A stretch of 63,560 nucleotides of DNA, filler included, from Chrysochromulina tobinii (lineage: Eukaryota), in NCBI GenBank assembly GCA_001275005.1. It is 10 parts of 10 records of this genome, joined end to end, with 100 filler letters (N's around TTAATTAATTAA, not from the genome) between each part and the next. Parts side by side here need not be neighbours in the genome. Positions count along the whole stretch, not along the records: positions 5,433 to 21,983 come from JWZX01000018.1; positions 22,084 to 32,648 come from JWZX01000019.1; 8 more parts are not named here. The stretch is one strand, 5' to 3'. The position numbers and the translations under genes are program-made. Within the stretch, counting starts at the first letter, position 1. Each line of letters starts with the position of its first letter. Below are positions 20,201-29,800 of this stretch, one piece after another. The notes under the pieces were generated by a model. It saw nothing but the letters and a program-made list of their open reading frames with translations, was not told the DNA's origin and searched no databases.

Positions 20201-20869
20201 GCGGTGCAGACAGTCCTCCATGCCTCCCTCGATACCATCCTTCTCAGCATCGGTCCGATCGCTCCCTTCCTGGTGGAAGAAGTGCACGAGCACCGCGCGC
20301 AGCCACGCCCGCCCCCCCCCATCGACCGAACGTGGGGTGAGCCGCCAGCAGCGTGGCATCAGCCGAAGCTTGCGCGCCAGTGGGCGTTGGCCAGGCTCGT
20401 GGAGGAGCAGGTCACCCTCGTGCTGCACGAGGCGCGCGTCGACAAGCGTATCGCTGGCGGCGGCGAAGCGCTCGTCGAGCTCCAAACGGCGCCGGGTAGT
20501 GAGTTGCACGCGGCACTCGAGTATCTCGGGCCGGAGCTCAACGACCTCCTCGGCGTGAGCGCAACGAGACTGACTGCACTCACCAGTGGCGAGTCGGCCG
20601 CGAGTGCTGTGGTCGACGTCCACGAGCTCGTGTGCAGCTACGACGGCATGCTCAAGGCTCAGGTGCCGCTGCAACACGAGCACGCTCTCCGAATCTGGGT
20701 ACGCAAGACGACGGCTCCCAAGTGCCCGCGGTGCTGGCGGCACGTGCCGACGGCTGCCGTACTTGAGGAGGCCGAGAGTGCTCGCCTCGACGACGGTTGG
20801 CTCTATCGCGGCTGCCCTGGATTCGGACAGGCTGGCTGTCTCAAGGAGGCGGCGCAAGTCGGGTCGTGA
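17258..20869 (+). CDS. IARS2: Organellar (bacterial-type) isoleucyl-tRNA synthetase with WHEP-like insertion
   Basis: LHDGPPYANGELHMGH, GWDCHGLPIE, WTTTPWTLPAN, GTGLVHTAPGHG, DVWFDSG, EGSDQHRGWF, KMSKS, C-terminal KCPRCW. Arg/Ala-rich presequence MRLAHRASIRRLAS. Confidence 0.93.
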   Translation: MRLAHRASIRRLASKPDLKATLNLPRTEFALHANLVLTEHRLVPRLAHEHFSRQADARASAPPFVLHDGPPYANGELHMGHFLNKALKDMINRWKLLRGYRIEFTPGWDCHGLPIELRALQLAGAEAAHELPPLRVREQAAECARQTIAEQRQSFVRWGVMADWHAPYTTMQPRYEAAQLGVLRAMLRRGLLFRGVRPVHWSPASRTALAEAELDYVDAHESSAAYVAFSLARDGDLPYSLMMASAADALPALVVWTTTPWTLPANQAICAREDLVYALVRVGEMTVTLGESGVGGAGGVGGAGGAGGAATAAVAPAPTSLLLVAEARVGALGAALGRELHVCHTLEGNALRGLWCLHPLSGRRVPVLFGEHVTDTAGTGLVHTAPGHGPEDFAVGQAHGLASACPVDEHGRFTRDTDEAVPFVGLHVLKEGNAKVLEALTARGALVHVERYLHRYPYDWRSKTPVIFRTTPQWFIDLGRLRESALAALDDVQMLPSAGRARLEAFVRGRTEWCLSRQRSWGVPLPVFYHVDTGEALLDDEVLAHVQQLIGLHGSDCWWTLPVEELLPPRRAHEASFWMRGTDTMDVWFDSGSSWSAVLAKDRGGGGAAGVPSSAVPSSGGDGAGSRDGGSGGSGGGAGGGGAGGGAGGGAGGGPLADLYLEGSDQHRGWFQSSLLTHVGSHEGGGAPYRMIITHGFVVDEHGAKMSKSIGNVIMPSQLLGPSSIDAPAYSKGADGDDAPAATTTTASAAATGAQDGAKSRAPPALDAALDAAALSALEAQIGAQGILVRELKVAAKGGTSKKAEVDAAVAALVALKAKLPVEATAAAPRAEGAAPNHKKLQKEARKARDDRAPYGVDVLRLWVATADWKGDVALGDAVLERSRDIYRRLRNACRFCLGNLYDFDESVDALPLEQLRLGDRHMLHTLAEHTRVVQASYDAYELNRVVAATLALATERLSAEYFHATKDRLYCGHAEGASRRAVQTVLHASLDTILLSIGPIAPFLVEEVHEHRAQPRPPPPIDRTWGEPPAAWHQPKLARQWALARLVEEQVTLVLHEARVDKRIAGGGEALVELQTAPGSELHAALEYLGPELNDLLGVSATRLTALTSGESAASAVVDVHELVCSYDGMLKAQVPLQHEHALRIWVRKTTAPKCPRCWRHVPTAAVLEEAESARLDDGWLYRGCPGFGQAGCLKEAAQVGS

Positions 20870-21858
20870 CTCTAACCACCACGGCCCTGACACCCACCCA
20901 CGCCCGCGAGGCATCTGCCGTACTGACGCCGCTTTCACCTCTTGCTCCTCGTCTCGATTAGTCTCCAAGTGTCCGGTCGGTCTCCGCTCTCCGCTCGCGT
21001 CGGAGCAGGAGAGAGACCAGCACCAGCGACCAAACTCATCACCTCCACCGGCCAGTATGACATAGTTGCAGTCAAGTAAGGCGAGCGAGCTCAGCCGGGA
21101 GCCGCTGCGGTGAGAGGGTGACACTCAAACTGACGTGACGATCGGACGCACCCGGCGACCCGCGGTCCGCAGATGGTGATTGTTAAGGTGATTGGTGATT
21201 GGTGTCTGTCGTGTGGCGCTCCTTTCCGGTGTGGGCGGCGCGGCGCGCGCGGCCGGCGGCCGGTCGACGGACGCGGATCGGTCCCGGTTCAGTACCCAGT
21301 GATCCACGCGGTACCCGTACGGTATACCCGTATACCGCGTCGTCGGGTACCCGAGTCTCCCGGCTCGAGCGTTTGGATCAATCCTCCGCCCGGCCGGTCG
21401 GCGGTCGAGGCCCCCTAATAAATTATGAAATAATTCACGTAGCGGAATCCGCGGAACATGCATCGACGTCATGCATCGCTCATCCGGTCGCGTCATCGGG
21501 CGCCGCGCAGCGCGCGCAACCGGACGCGGGGTCGGCCCGAATTGAAATACGCGTCCGGCAACGCCGTCGGCTAACGCAGAGAGGTTAAGAGAGGTCGTGC
21601 TTTCTTGGGGTTTTCTTAATCTTAAGATGATTGACGTCGTGGCATACGATAAATCGGACATCAACTTACACATCGTGAGGTAGAAGTCGCGCTGACTGAC
21701 CGTCTCCCATCTTCTTCTCTCACTTTGCACAACCCGAGCCGCCTGCCTTCTGGACTAAGAATAGAGGCCGTCTGAAGGCGGGCGGGCTGCGGGAGACGAC
21801 GCGCACGTCAAGGGAGCTTCTCGCCTTACGCGCGCGCGCCGCGAGGGGGGTGGGGAGT

Positions 21859-21983
<125 letters not shown>

Positions 21984-22084
21984 NNNNNNNNNNNNNNNNN
22001 NNNNNNNNNNNNNNNNNNNNNNNNNNNTTAATTAATTAANNNNNNNNNNNNNNNNNNNNNNNNNNNNNNNNNNNNNNNNNNNNC

Positions 22085-23979
22085 AGCGATGCACTCGACC
22101 TCAACGACCCTCGCCGCTATCGGCCGCTCTGGAAGTCTGTCGGCGCACTGGACGAGCGCCGCCTCGCCGCCACGCATCGCCAACGCCACGAGCTCCAGGT
22201 CGACGCCGAGGCGGGGCAGACGATTCCGCTCTACCGCACCCACTACTCTTCGCCCGCCTACGTGGCATACTACCTGCTGCACATCTTCCCCGAGCTCACG
22301 TTCCACATCAACAGTGGCAAGTTTGACAAGGAGGCGCGCTCGTTTTCGTCGGTGAATAGGACGTGGCGGAATGTCTCCGAACGTGCCACCGGCGACGTCA
22401 AAGAACTCATCCCCCAATTCTACTCGGACCCCGCCTTCTTGAGAAAGGAGAGGGGCGTCCTGCTGCCTCCTTGGTGCGAGGACGTGGTCCTGCCTCCGTG
22501 GGCTGGCGGCTCCAACATCGAGTTTGTGCGCCAGATGCGCGCCGCGCTCGAGTCCGACTTCGTCTCGGCGCACCTTCACCTCTGGATCGACCTCATCTTT
22601 GGCAGCAAGCAGCAAGGCGCCCCCGCTCTCAAGGCGAACAACCTCTTCGAGAGCTACACATACGAGAGCGCGTTGGAGAGCGGCGAGCTCGACGATGCCG
22701 CCCGCGAGCTCATCCGCGCGTGCGCGACCGAATTCGGCCAGACGCCGCCCCAGCTCTTTGCGCGAGCCCACCCTCCTCGGCGACTTCACGTCAATGGGCT
22801 GCCGCAGCCATGGCGAGCGGCCGAGCCGAGCGCCACGCTCATCCAGGCGAATGCTCGGCGCTGGCTGGGCCGGCGTCACATCGTGGCGACCGCGGTCGAC
22901 TTCTTCTTCAATGAGAAGGCCTTCCGCGGCACGGCGGCGCTTTCCATCGAGGTGCCGCCGGTTGACGTCGTGCTGCGCACCGACTACACCGACGGCTTCT
23001 CCTTCGCCTACTCCAAGCGCACTGCCGACTGGATGCTCGCCTTGGCCGCCGCGACGGAGGCGGCCTCAGATGAGCAGGAGATTTGCACGTTCCTGGAGAG
23101 CTGCTTTCGCAGCGATGACGAACGCAGGTATGCACCATCCGAATGCCATCCGTTCGCGAATGCGCTGCGCGAGTACTGTGGCTTCGTCTCGCAGCTGTTT
23201 GCCCAGAACGGTCGTAGCCCTGCGTCGCGAATGAGTGCGGCTGTGCGCCTCAAGAACCTGTCAAAGGCCGTACAGCTGGGTCTCAAGCGAATGCACGCGA
23301 TAGTTGTGCGGATCCTGCCGCCCATGCTGGAGCCAAGGCGATCGGTGCTGGTGCGCGCATTGGTGCTGGATGAGATCACAACTCGCCTCTTCCGCCCGCT
23401 GATCATGCCTCTCATTCAGAGTGTCCATGGCGCCGACGATGCCGCCTATGCGGACAGCGTCGCCCGCTTTGCCCAGCTGCGCCCACACCACTTGGAGGGC
23501 GTCGTCAACCTGCCGCCGCACTTTTGGCTGGGCAGCAGCGACGCCGACGCGAGTAGTCACGTGCCGTACGCAACGGCGATCAAGGCGCTCTCGCACGTCT
23601 CCGCCACGTACTCAACGCGACGAAAGCTCGCCCTCCTGATGGATGTGCTGCAAGCGATCCAGCACCACGTGTGGAGCTACCACGGCATCGCCTCCCCAGA
23701 GGACCAAGCCAACGACAGGCGGCTCCGGCTCGCGGCCGACGAGCTGATCTCGGTGGTCGCGTACGTCCTCTCTCAGGCGCGGCCGGTGCTGCACCTCGGC
23801 TCGGAACTCGCATTCATCGAGCGCTTTGCCGACGACGGGTGCCTGCTTGGCGAGCATGGCTACTGCCTCGCGACGGTCCAGGCCGCCTCTGGGTTCCTCC
23901 GCACGCTGACCTGGCCCCAGATTGAGCTTGGCTTGCAGAATGTGGCGCTTCGCAAAGGAGCGGAGGCGGCGGCGGCAGA

Positions 23980-24012
<33 letters not shown>

Positions 24013-24586
24013 CCACAATGCCCAGCTGTTGCACGGCGACACTGGCGCAGCCGTAGCCGCATCAATAGCCGATGCCAGCAGCTCAGGATCGAACACGCCA
24101 AAACCACCGCGAACATTCGGGCCGAGATACTCTGGAATTGTGGAGCAAATCCGGGCCCGCAAGGCGAACGGAGGCACCCCAGCTGGAAGTAGCTCAGAAT
24201 CGAACGCGCCAAAATCACCGGCACCGCGAACGCTCGGGCCGAAATACTCTGCAATAGTCGAGCAAGTCCGGGCCCGCAAGGCGAATGGAGGCACCTCGGC
24301 TGGAAGTAGCTCAGAGTCGAACGCGCCAAAACCACCGCGACCGCTCGGGCCGAGATACTCTGAAGTCGCCGAGAGAATCCGGGCCCGCAAGGCGAACGGA
24401 GGCACCCCGGCTGATGCAGCGATGAACGCGGACAACACCATGAGACGCATACGCCGCGAGCAGCGGCGGGTCGTGGGAGATCCTCCAGGAGATCATTCGG
24501 GAGATCCTCTGGGAGATCCTCCAGGAGATCCTCTGGGAGATCCTCTGGGAGATCCTCTGGGAGATCCACCGGGAGATCGGATTTGA
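22085..24586 (+). CDS. BEACH domain + IQ motif + VPS9 (Rab5 GEF) domain protein, 5'-truncated
   Basis: BEACH: LDLNDPRRYR, THYSSPAYV, GDVKELIPQFY, DVVLPPWA, ALESDFVSAHLHLWIDLIFG, FGQTPPQLF. IQ: LIQANARRWLGRR. VPS9: LAADELISVVAYVL..SELAFIERF..GEHGYCLATV. Confidence 0.88.
24077..24415 (+). repeat. Three ~114-120 bp coding tandem repeats (SSSESNAPKPPRxxGPRYS..IRARKANGGT), followed by 12-bp GGAGATCCTCYG repeats at 24476-24578
   Basis: Visible in both DNA and translation. Confidence 0.9.
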
Positions 24587-24904
24587 GTACTTCGGTGTGT
24601 CTGGTGTAGCGACGGCCTTGCTTGTGGAGTCTCTGTTTGAGTTTCGGTAGGGAGGGGTCTCTCTCGCTTGCTGTGTGCAGCGACGGATGGGGGGGCGCTT
24701 GACGCTTGAGACATCTTGACGGATGACGCTCCCTGCAGCCTGCACCGCACCCTCGCTCCACGCCATCCCCATCGGCCATGTGTATTCGCGATTGTTCCGT
24801 TACCAAGTGAAACTCGAATCAGTCAAATACAGTCTCAGTCATTAGTATAGCCGAGGCCGACACGCATATCGTCATGCCACATCCGGACTCTCACTCTGGG
24901 GCGT

Positions 24905-26701
24905 TCATGTCTTCCTGGTGCTTCGCGCTTCCCCACGGCTGCTATTCGAGTATTCGTCCTCTTCCCAATCCGAAGGCGGATCCTCAAGCGCGCCGCCGCT
25001 GTCCCGCGACTGCTCGTCATCGTCGTCAAAGGCCTGCATCCAGTTCTTGGGCTGGGCGCCATACTGGGCGCCCGCGCGGCTGTCGTGCGCCTGGGAGGTG
25101 TGCGGCCTCGTTGGTGGCGCGCCCTCCTCGAGATCCTCAAACGCGGTGGTCCAGTCGGCCGCGGCGGCCGCTGCAGCGTCCTTCACAGCGTCCTTCACAG
25201 CGTCCTCGTGGGCGCCCTTCGAGCGCGGGGGCATCGCCCCCGGCAGTTGCCCATAGTGCGGCGAGAAGGTCGCATCCCACAGCTCCGCGGCCATCAACGC
25301 CTCCTCGGCACTCGGCGGCGCCTTGAGAGCCAGCGCCATCGCTTCCACAGCAGCCTGCTCGGGAGTGAGCGCCGTGCCGGGCGCACCGGACTGGGCGTGC
25401 AGGCGCGCACGCGGGGTGGACACCGACATGGGCGCCGCCGTGGGCGTTGCCCGCCCGCCGCCACCACCACCGCCCGCCGACTTGCGACTGCGCGGACGCT
25501 GTCGGCGAAGCGTCCCGCAGAGACATCCTGCACAGCTGAGGGCGAAGGCGAGGATGACGAGGAGAGGCCCGATGAGCTCCATCGCCAGCCGCCGCCCCGA
25601 TCGGATCGCCTCGAGTGCGCCGCCACCCCACGTGAACAGCAGCAGCAGCGCCGTCAGCGTCACGAGCCAGAGCCCTCGACGCGACTGGCGCCACCACGCC
25701 TGAAGCTTATCCGCCGGATGGGCATTCGCTGGCAGGGAGCGGTCCGCGCCACCGCAGTAGATGGACGCTGTGAGTGCGAGCTCGAGGAGGAGCCACACGT
25801 GCATCGGCAGCAGCGCCAAGCGCCAGCTCACGTGCAGGCCACCGTCCCCGAGCAGTGGAGGCAGCACAGTGAGCTGCGTCGTACTGAGCAGCAGCCATGC
25901 GGCGTCACGCGCCCAGCCGCCACTCGGGCTGTCGAGGCGGGTTGGGCGCGCGGCGGGCTGGCACGTGGCCGCGAGCAGCTGGCGCTCGCGCAGCGCCTCT
26001 GGCAGCCCCGACAGCGCCACTCCCCGCTGCACGAAAAGCGGTGCGAAGACATGCAACCAGGCGAGTGGCATCGCGTCAGGCCGAGTGTAACGGTCACGCT
26101 CGGCGTCGGGGCTCGTCTGATGGAGCCGATAGCACAAGAGCACGAGGAAGCTCAGCTGGAGCGCCGCCGTCGGAACGAGCTCACGCACCGCTTCGCGCGC
26201 CGCTGCGGGCGTGTCCGCGCCGGCGCCGATCACGGCCGCCATCGCCGTCGCCAGCGGCAGCGCCAGCCACAGCGGAAGGAACAGCAGCCACCACGGCACC
26301 GCGTCCAAGTAGCCGTCGTAGTGGAGCGCGGCGAGCACGAGGGCGAGGCCGAGCAGCACCACAAGCAGCGCGCCGCCCGCCACGAGCCCCGTTGCGAAGT
26401 AGACCCTCGGAGGCGAGGAGGTCGGCTCAACGGCGCCGACCGTGCGTGCAAAGCGATGAGCCTCCTCGTAGAGATGCAGCACGTCAAGCCCGAACGCATC
26501 GTAAACCTCTCGCCTTCGAGGGTCGCTCAAAATATCGTACGCCTCCGTGACCGCTGCAAACTGCGCCTTTGTGTCCTGGGCTGATTTGTCGGGGTGCAGC
26601 TGCACGGCGAGGCGGCGGTAGGCGCGCCGGACATCGTCGAGCGTCGCGTCCACCTCGCAGCCAAGCGTCCGATACAGGTCGTGCGGCGTGTAAGGCTCCA
26701 T
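24905..26701 (-). CDS. DnaJ (J-domain) multi-pass membrane protein with TMEM185/FAM11-like WxxxFxPLW helices
   Basis: DLYRTLGC..VRRAYRRLAVQLHPDK..EAYDILSDPRRREVYD, then PWWLLFLPLW, WLHVFAPLF, SWRLALLPMHVW. Confidence 0.85.
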   Translation of the reverse strand: MEPYTPHDLYRTLGCEVDATLDDVRRAYRRLAVQLHPDKSAQDTKAQFAAVTEAYDILSDPRRREVYDAFGLDVLHLYEEAHRFARTVGAVEPTSSPPRVYFATGLVAGGALLVVLLGLALVLAALHYDGYLDAVPWWLLFLPLWLALPLATAMAAVIGAGADTPAAAREAVRELVPTAALQLSFLVLLCYRLHQTSPDAERDRYTRPDAMPLAWLHVFAPLFVQRGVALSGLPEALRERQLLAATCQPAARPTRLDSPSGGWARDAAWLLLSTTQLTVLPPLLGDGGLHVSWRLALLPMHVWLLLELALTASIYCGGADRSLPANAHPADKLQAWWRQSRRGLWLVTLTALLLLFTWGGGALEAIRSGRRLAMELIGPLLVILAFALSCAGCLCGTLRRQRPRSRKSAGGGGGGGRATPTAAPMSVSTPRARLHAQSGAPGTALTPEQAAVEAMALALKAPPSAEEALMAAELWDATFSPHYGQLPGAMPPRSKGAHEDAVKDAVKDAAAAAAADWTTAFEDLEEGAPPTRPHTSQAHDSRAGAQYGAQPKNWMQAFDDDDEQSRDSGGALEDPPSDWEEDEYSNSSRGEARSTRKT

Positions 26702-26885
26702 AGGATGGCCCCCGCTCAGGCACGCTCAGGCGCACTCTGGTGGGCGCCGTGATCCAGAAAAACAGGTCGCCATTTTACCTTCGCGCCAATACAGCGCGTT
26801 TTGTCAACATCTCACAGATGTTCACAGCATCCGCCCCGGGGCCAATTTGTAAGTTGTCTGCTCTGGCCTCTGCAGAGTTCCGCCC

Positions 26886-29800
26886 CTACGCATGGTACGA
26901 GCGTTCGAGGTGCATGCCCGCGCTCGGGCCGGCGACCACATGCGCGAGGGTCATCTTGGTGTCCGCGCCCTCCCTCCCCGCCGCCCGGAGCGCCTCGACC
27001 GCCTCACCGAGCAGCTGGCGCTCAAACTCGAGCAGCCGCCGCGCCACCTCCGCTTCCGTGGAGCCATGCTTCATCATCATCGTGCTGAGCGCCGTACCGA
27101 GCGCGCCCCCTCCCATCCCCTCGGCCCCCTCCGCGACGGCCGCGTCGTACCGAGCGCTCAGAACGGCGCCCTCGGCGATGGCGTCGTCGTGGCGCCGCTT
27201 GTGGGCCTCGAGCAGCGCGATCATGTGCTCCCTCGCGAGCGCCTCATCTCGGATGGGCCGCTGCAGGTTGAACTCGCGTCTCCATGCGCCGAGTAGGGGG
27301 CCATCAACGCCCTCGCCCTCTCCATTGCAGCCATCAGCCCCCTCGCCCTCCGCCGTCTTGAGCGCCGTCTTGGGCGCCGTATTGGGCACTTGTACGATGG
27401 CCGCCGCCTCGGCCACCTCGTCCTCGCGCACGAGCATCGCCCGCACCGCCGCGAACAGCGGGCATGCCTCGAGCCGATGATCGGGCACCCACCTGTGGGG
27501 AGTGAAGGGCGTCGTGGTGAGCACTTGCATGCAGCAGAACAGCGGGCATGCCTCGAGCGGTTGATCGGGCACCCACCACGCATGCATCGCTTCGTCACAT
27601 CCGATGGCTGCCTGGGCGGCGGCAAGCTCGATGCGCCACGTGTCAATGGCGGCGGTCGGCGTGGCCTTGCCCTCGCCGCCCCCACCGCCCCCGCCGCCCT
27701 CGCCGCCGCCGTCGCCACCCCATCGGCCCAGCGCGATCGCGAGGAGCTCGTGCGGGGTCACGGGCACCTGTGGGGAGGGGAGCGCGTCGTGGTGAGCACT
27801 TGCATGCGAGGAGCTCGTGCGGGGTCACGGGCACCTGTGGGGAGGGGAGCGCGTCGTGGTGAGCACTTGCATGCGCGCACCTCGGCGGTGTGAAGCACAC
27901 CGCCGGGCGTCGTGGTGAGCACTTGCATGCGCGCACCTCGGCGGTGTGCAGCACCGACGTCGCGTCAAAGAAGCCATAGCGCTCGAAGAAGTCGAGATAA
28001 TCGCCCTCGTCCACCGAGATCGAGATTGCATCTCCCGCCGAGAGCGTGAATTCCGCATGTAACGCCACGCACGTCGCGTCGGCGCCAAGGCGTAAGGAGG
28101 CCACCGGCCCAACCTGATGAGGAAGGCAATCATAGGTCATCATAGGCAATCAGAGGCAATCAAGGTGAGTGGTTCACAGGAGGCCACCGGCCCAACCGAG
28201 GCATGCGCGGCGAGGTCGATGAGCGGGCAGAGGGCGAGGCCGTCGAGGCCCTCCACGCGGCGTGCACGTGTCTGCGTGAGAAGCGCCGCCCAACGGAAAC
28301 GAGCTTCGTCCCAGTAGACAATCGAGAGGTTCAAAGCTGACAGCACAGCCAGTCGCTCCGCCTCCACCCGTCGCCGCCACGCGCGCGCGCGGTGCCACGC
28401 GACGCAGTGCCGCAGGAGGCGCGCCGCGGCGCTGCCCTCCTCCCAAGCGGCCAACATGGCTGATTCGAGCCGCTCGGGCGGCGCCAAGCGCGCAAAGTAC
28501 GCCGCGCGAGCGTCGGGCAGGCAAGCTGGGGCTTCTTGGGCGCGTAGGCATGTGTTGGCGGATGGGCTGCTCGCGTCGTGTCGAGCGGATGGGCTGCTCG
28601 CGTCGTGTCGAGCGGATGTGTCAAGCAGCCGCAGCAGCGCCACGAACAAGCGCCCATCCTCACGCACGGCAACGCTCGCCTCGTCGCTCGCCTTCTCCAA
28701 GCCGCCCAACGCCTGCACGCGCGCCACCACCGCCGCCCACTCGGGCTCCGGCACCTCGGATGCCAAGACGCACGCCGCGAGGGGGATGGAGAGTAGCGTG
28801 TCGCCGCACGCACAGCCGGCGCCGGCATGCAGTGAGGCGCCTCGGGCAGAGTTGGGGCGTACCTGTGGGGAGTGGAGGGCGTCGCGGTGAGCACTTGCAT
28901 GCAGCCGCGGGCAGCGTTGGGGCGTACCTCGAGGGTGTGGGAAGTGGCCAACGTCGCCAGCGCGGCCGTCGCATGCGCGGCGCGGTCATCGGCCTCGAGT
29001 ACAGCCCACATGCGTACCCTCCGATGCGCCACCCACGCCGCCATCGCCTCTCGCCGCACCACCGCCTCGGCCACCATCCCATGCTGTCTGAGGGCCGCGT
29101 TCAACGCCGACGCCTCCCGCGCGAGCTCCGGCGTCTCGAGCCAGCACAGCCTCGCGCACCTGTGGGGAGGGGGGGAGGGCGTCGTGGTGAGCACTTGCAT
29201 GCAAGCAGTCTCGAGCCAGCACAGCCTAGCGCACCGAGAGCGCAGCACGCGACCGAGCTCCGCGAGCTCCGCGTGGTACGCGAAGAGGGCGGCGGCCCCG
29301 GCCGCGGAGAGCGCTGTGCTGGGCACGGGCCGCGAGTCGAGCCACGCACGCAGCCACGCGGGATCGAGGAAGACGACCGCGTCCGCGCCGTGGTGAGCGT
29401 CCGCGCCGTGGTGAGCGTCCGCGCCGTGGTGAGCGTCAGCGCCGTGGTGAGCGTCCGCGCCGTGGTGAGCGTCAGCGCCGTGGTGAGCGTCAGCGCTGTG
29501 ATGAGCATCAGCGCCGGTCGCTCCGCCGCCACGGCCGCTGTCGGCGTCGCCGCTGCCAGCGTCTCCGCCGCTGCCAGCATCGCCGCTGTTGTCAGCCCCT
29601 ACGCTGGTCGTCGGCGTGGTCGTCGACGTGGTCGTCAGCGTGGGTGGCGTCGCGCGCCATCCCGGGCGCCATCGGAGGTCGAGCCGCGTGTCGGCACTGT
29701 CGAGGGTGGCGTTGGCGGGCACGGTGGGCGTCGTCGGCGGGCTCGGCATTGGCAGCCGTGCCGCGAGCGCCGGGCGCGCGCCTGTGGGGAGGGCGAGGGC

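Noticed and set aside
21240..21420. Cluster of short palindromes (CGGTATACCCGTATACCG, CGGGTACCCG)
   Set aside because: No TIR/TSD pair or recognisable RNA family; cannot support a feature.
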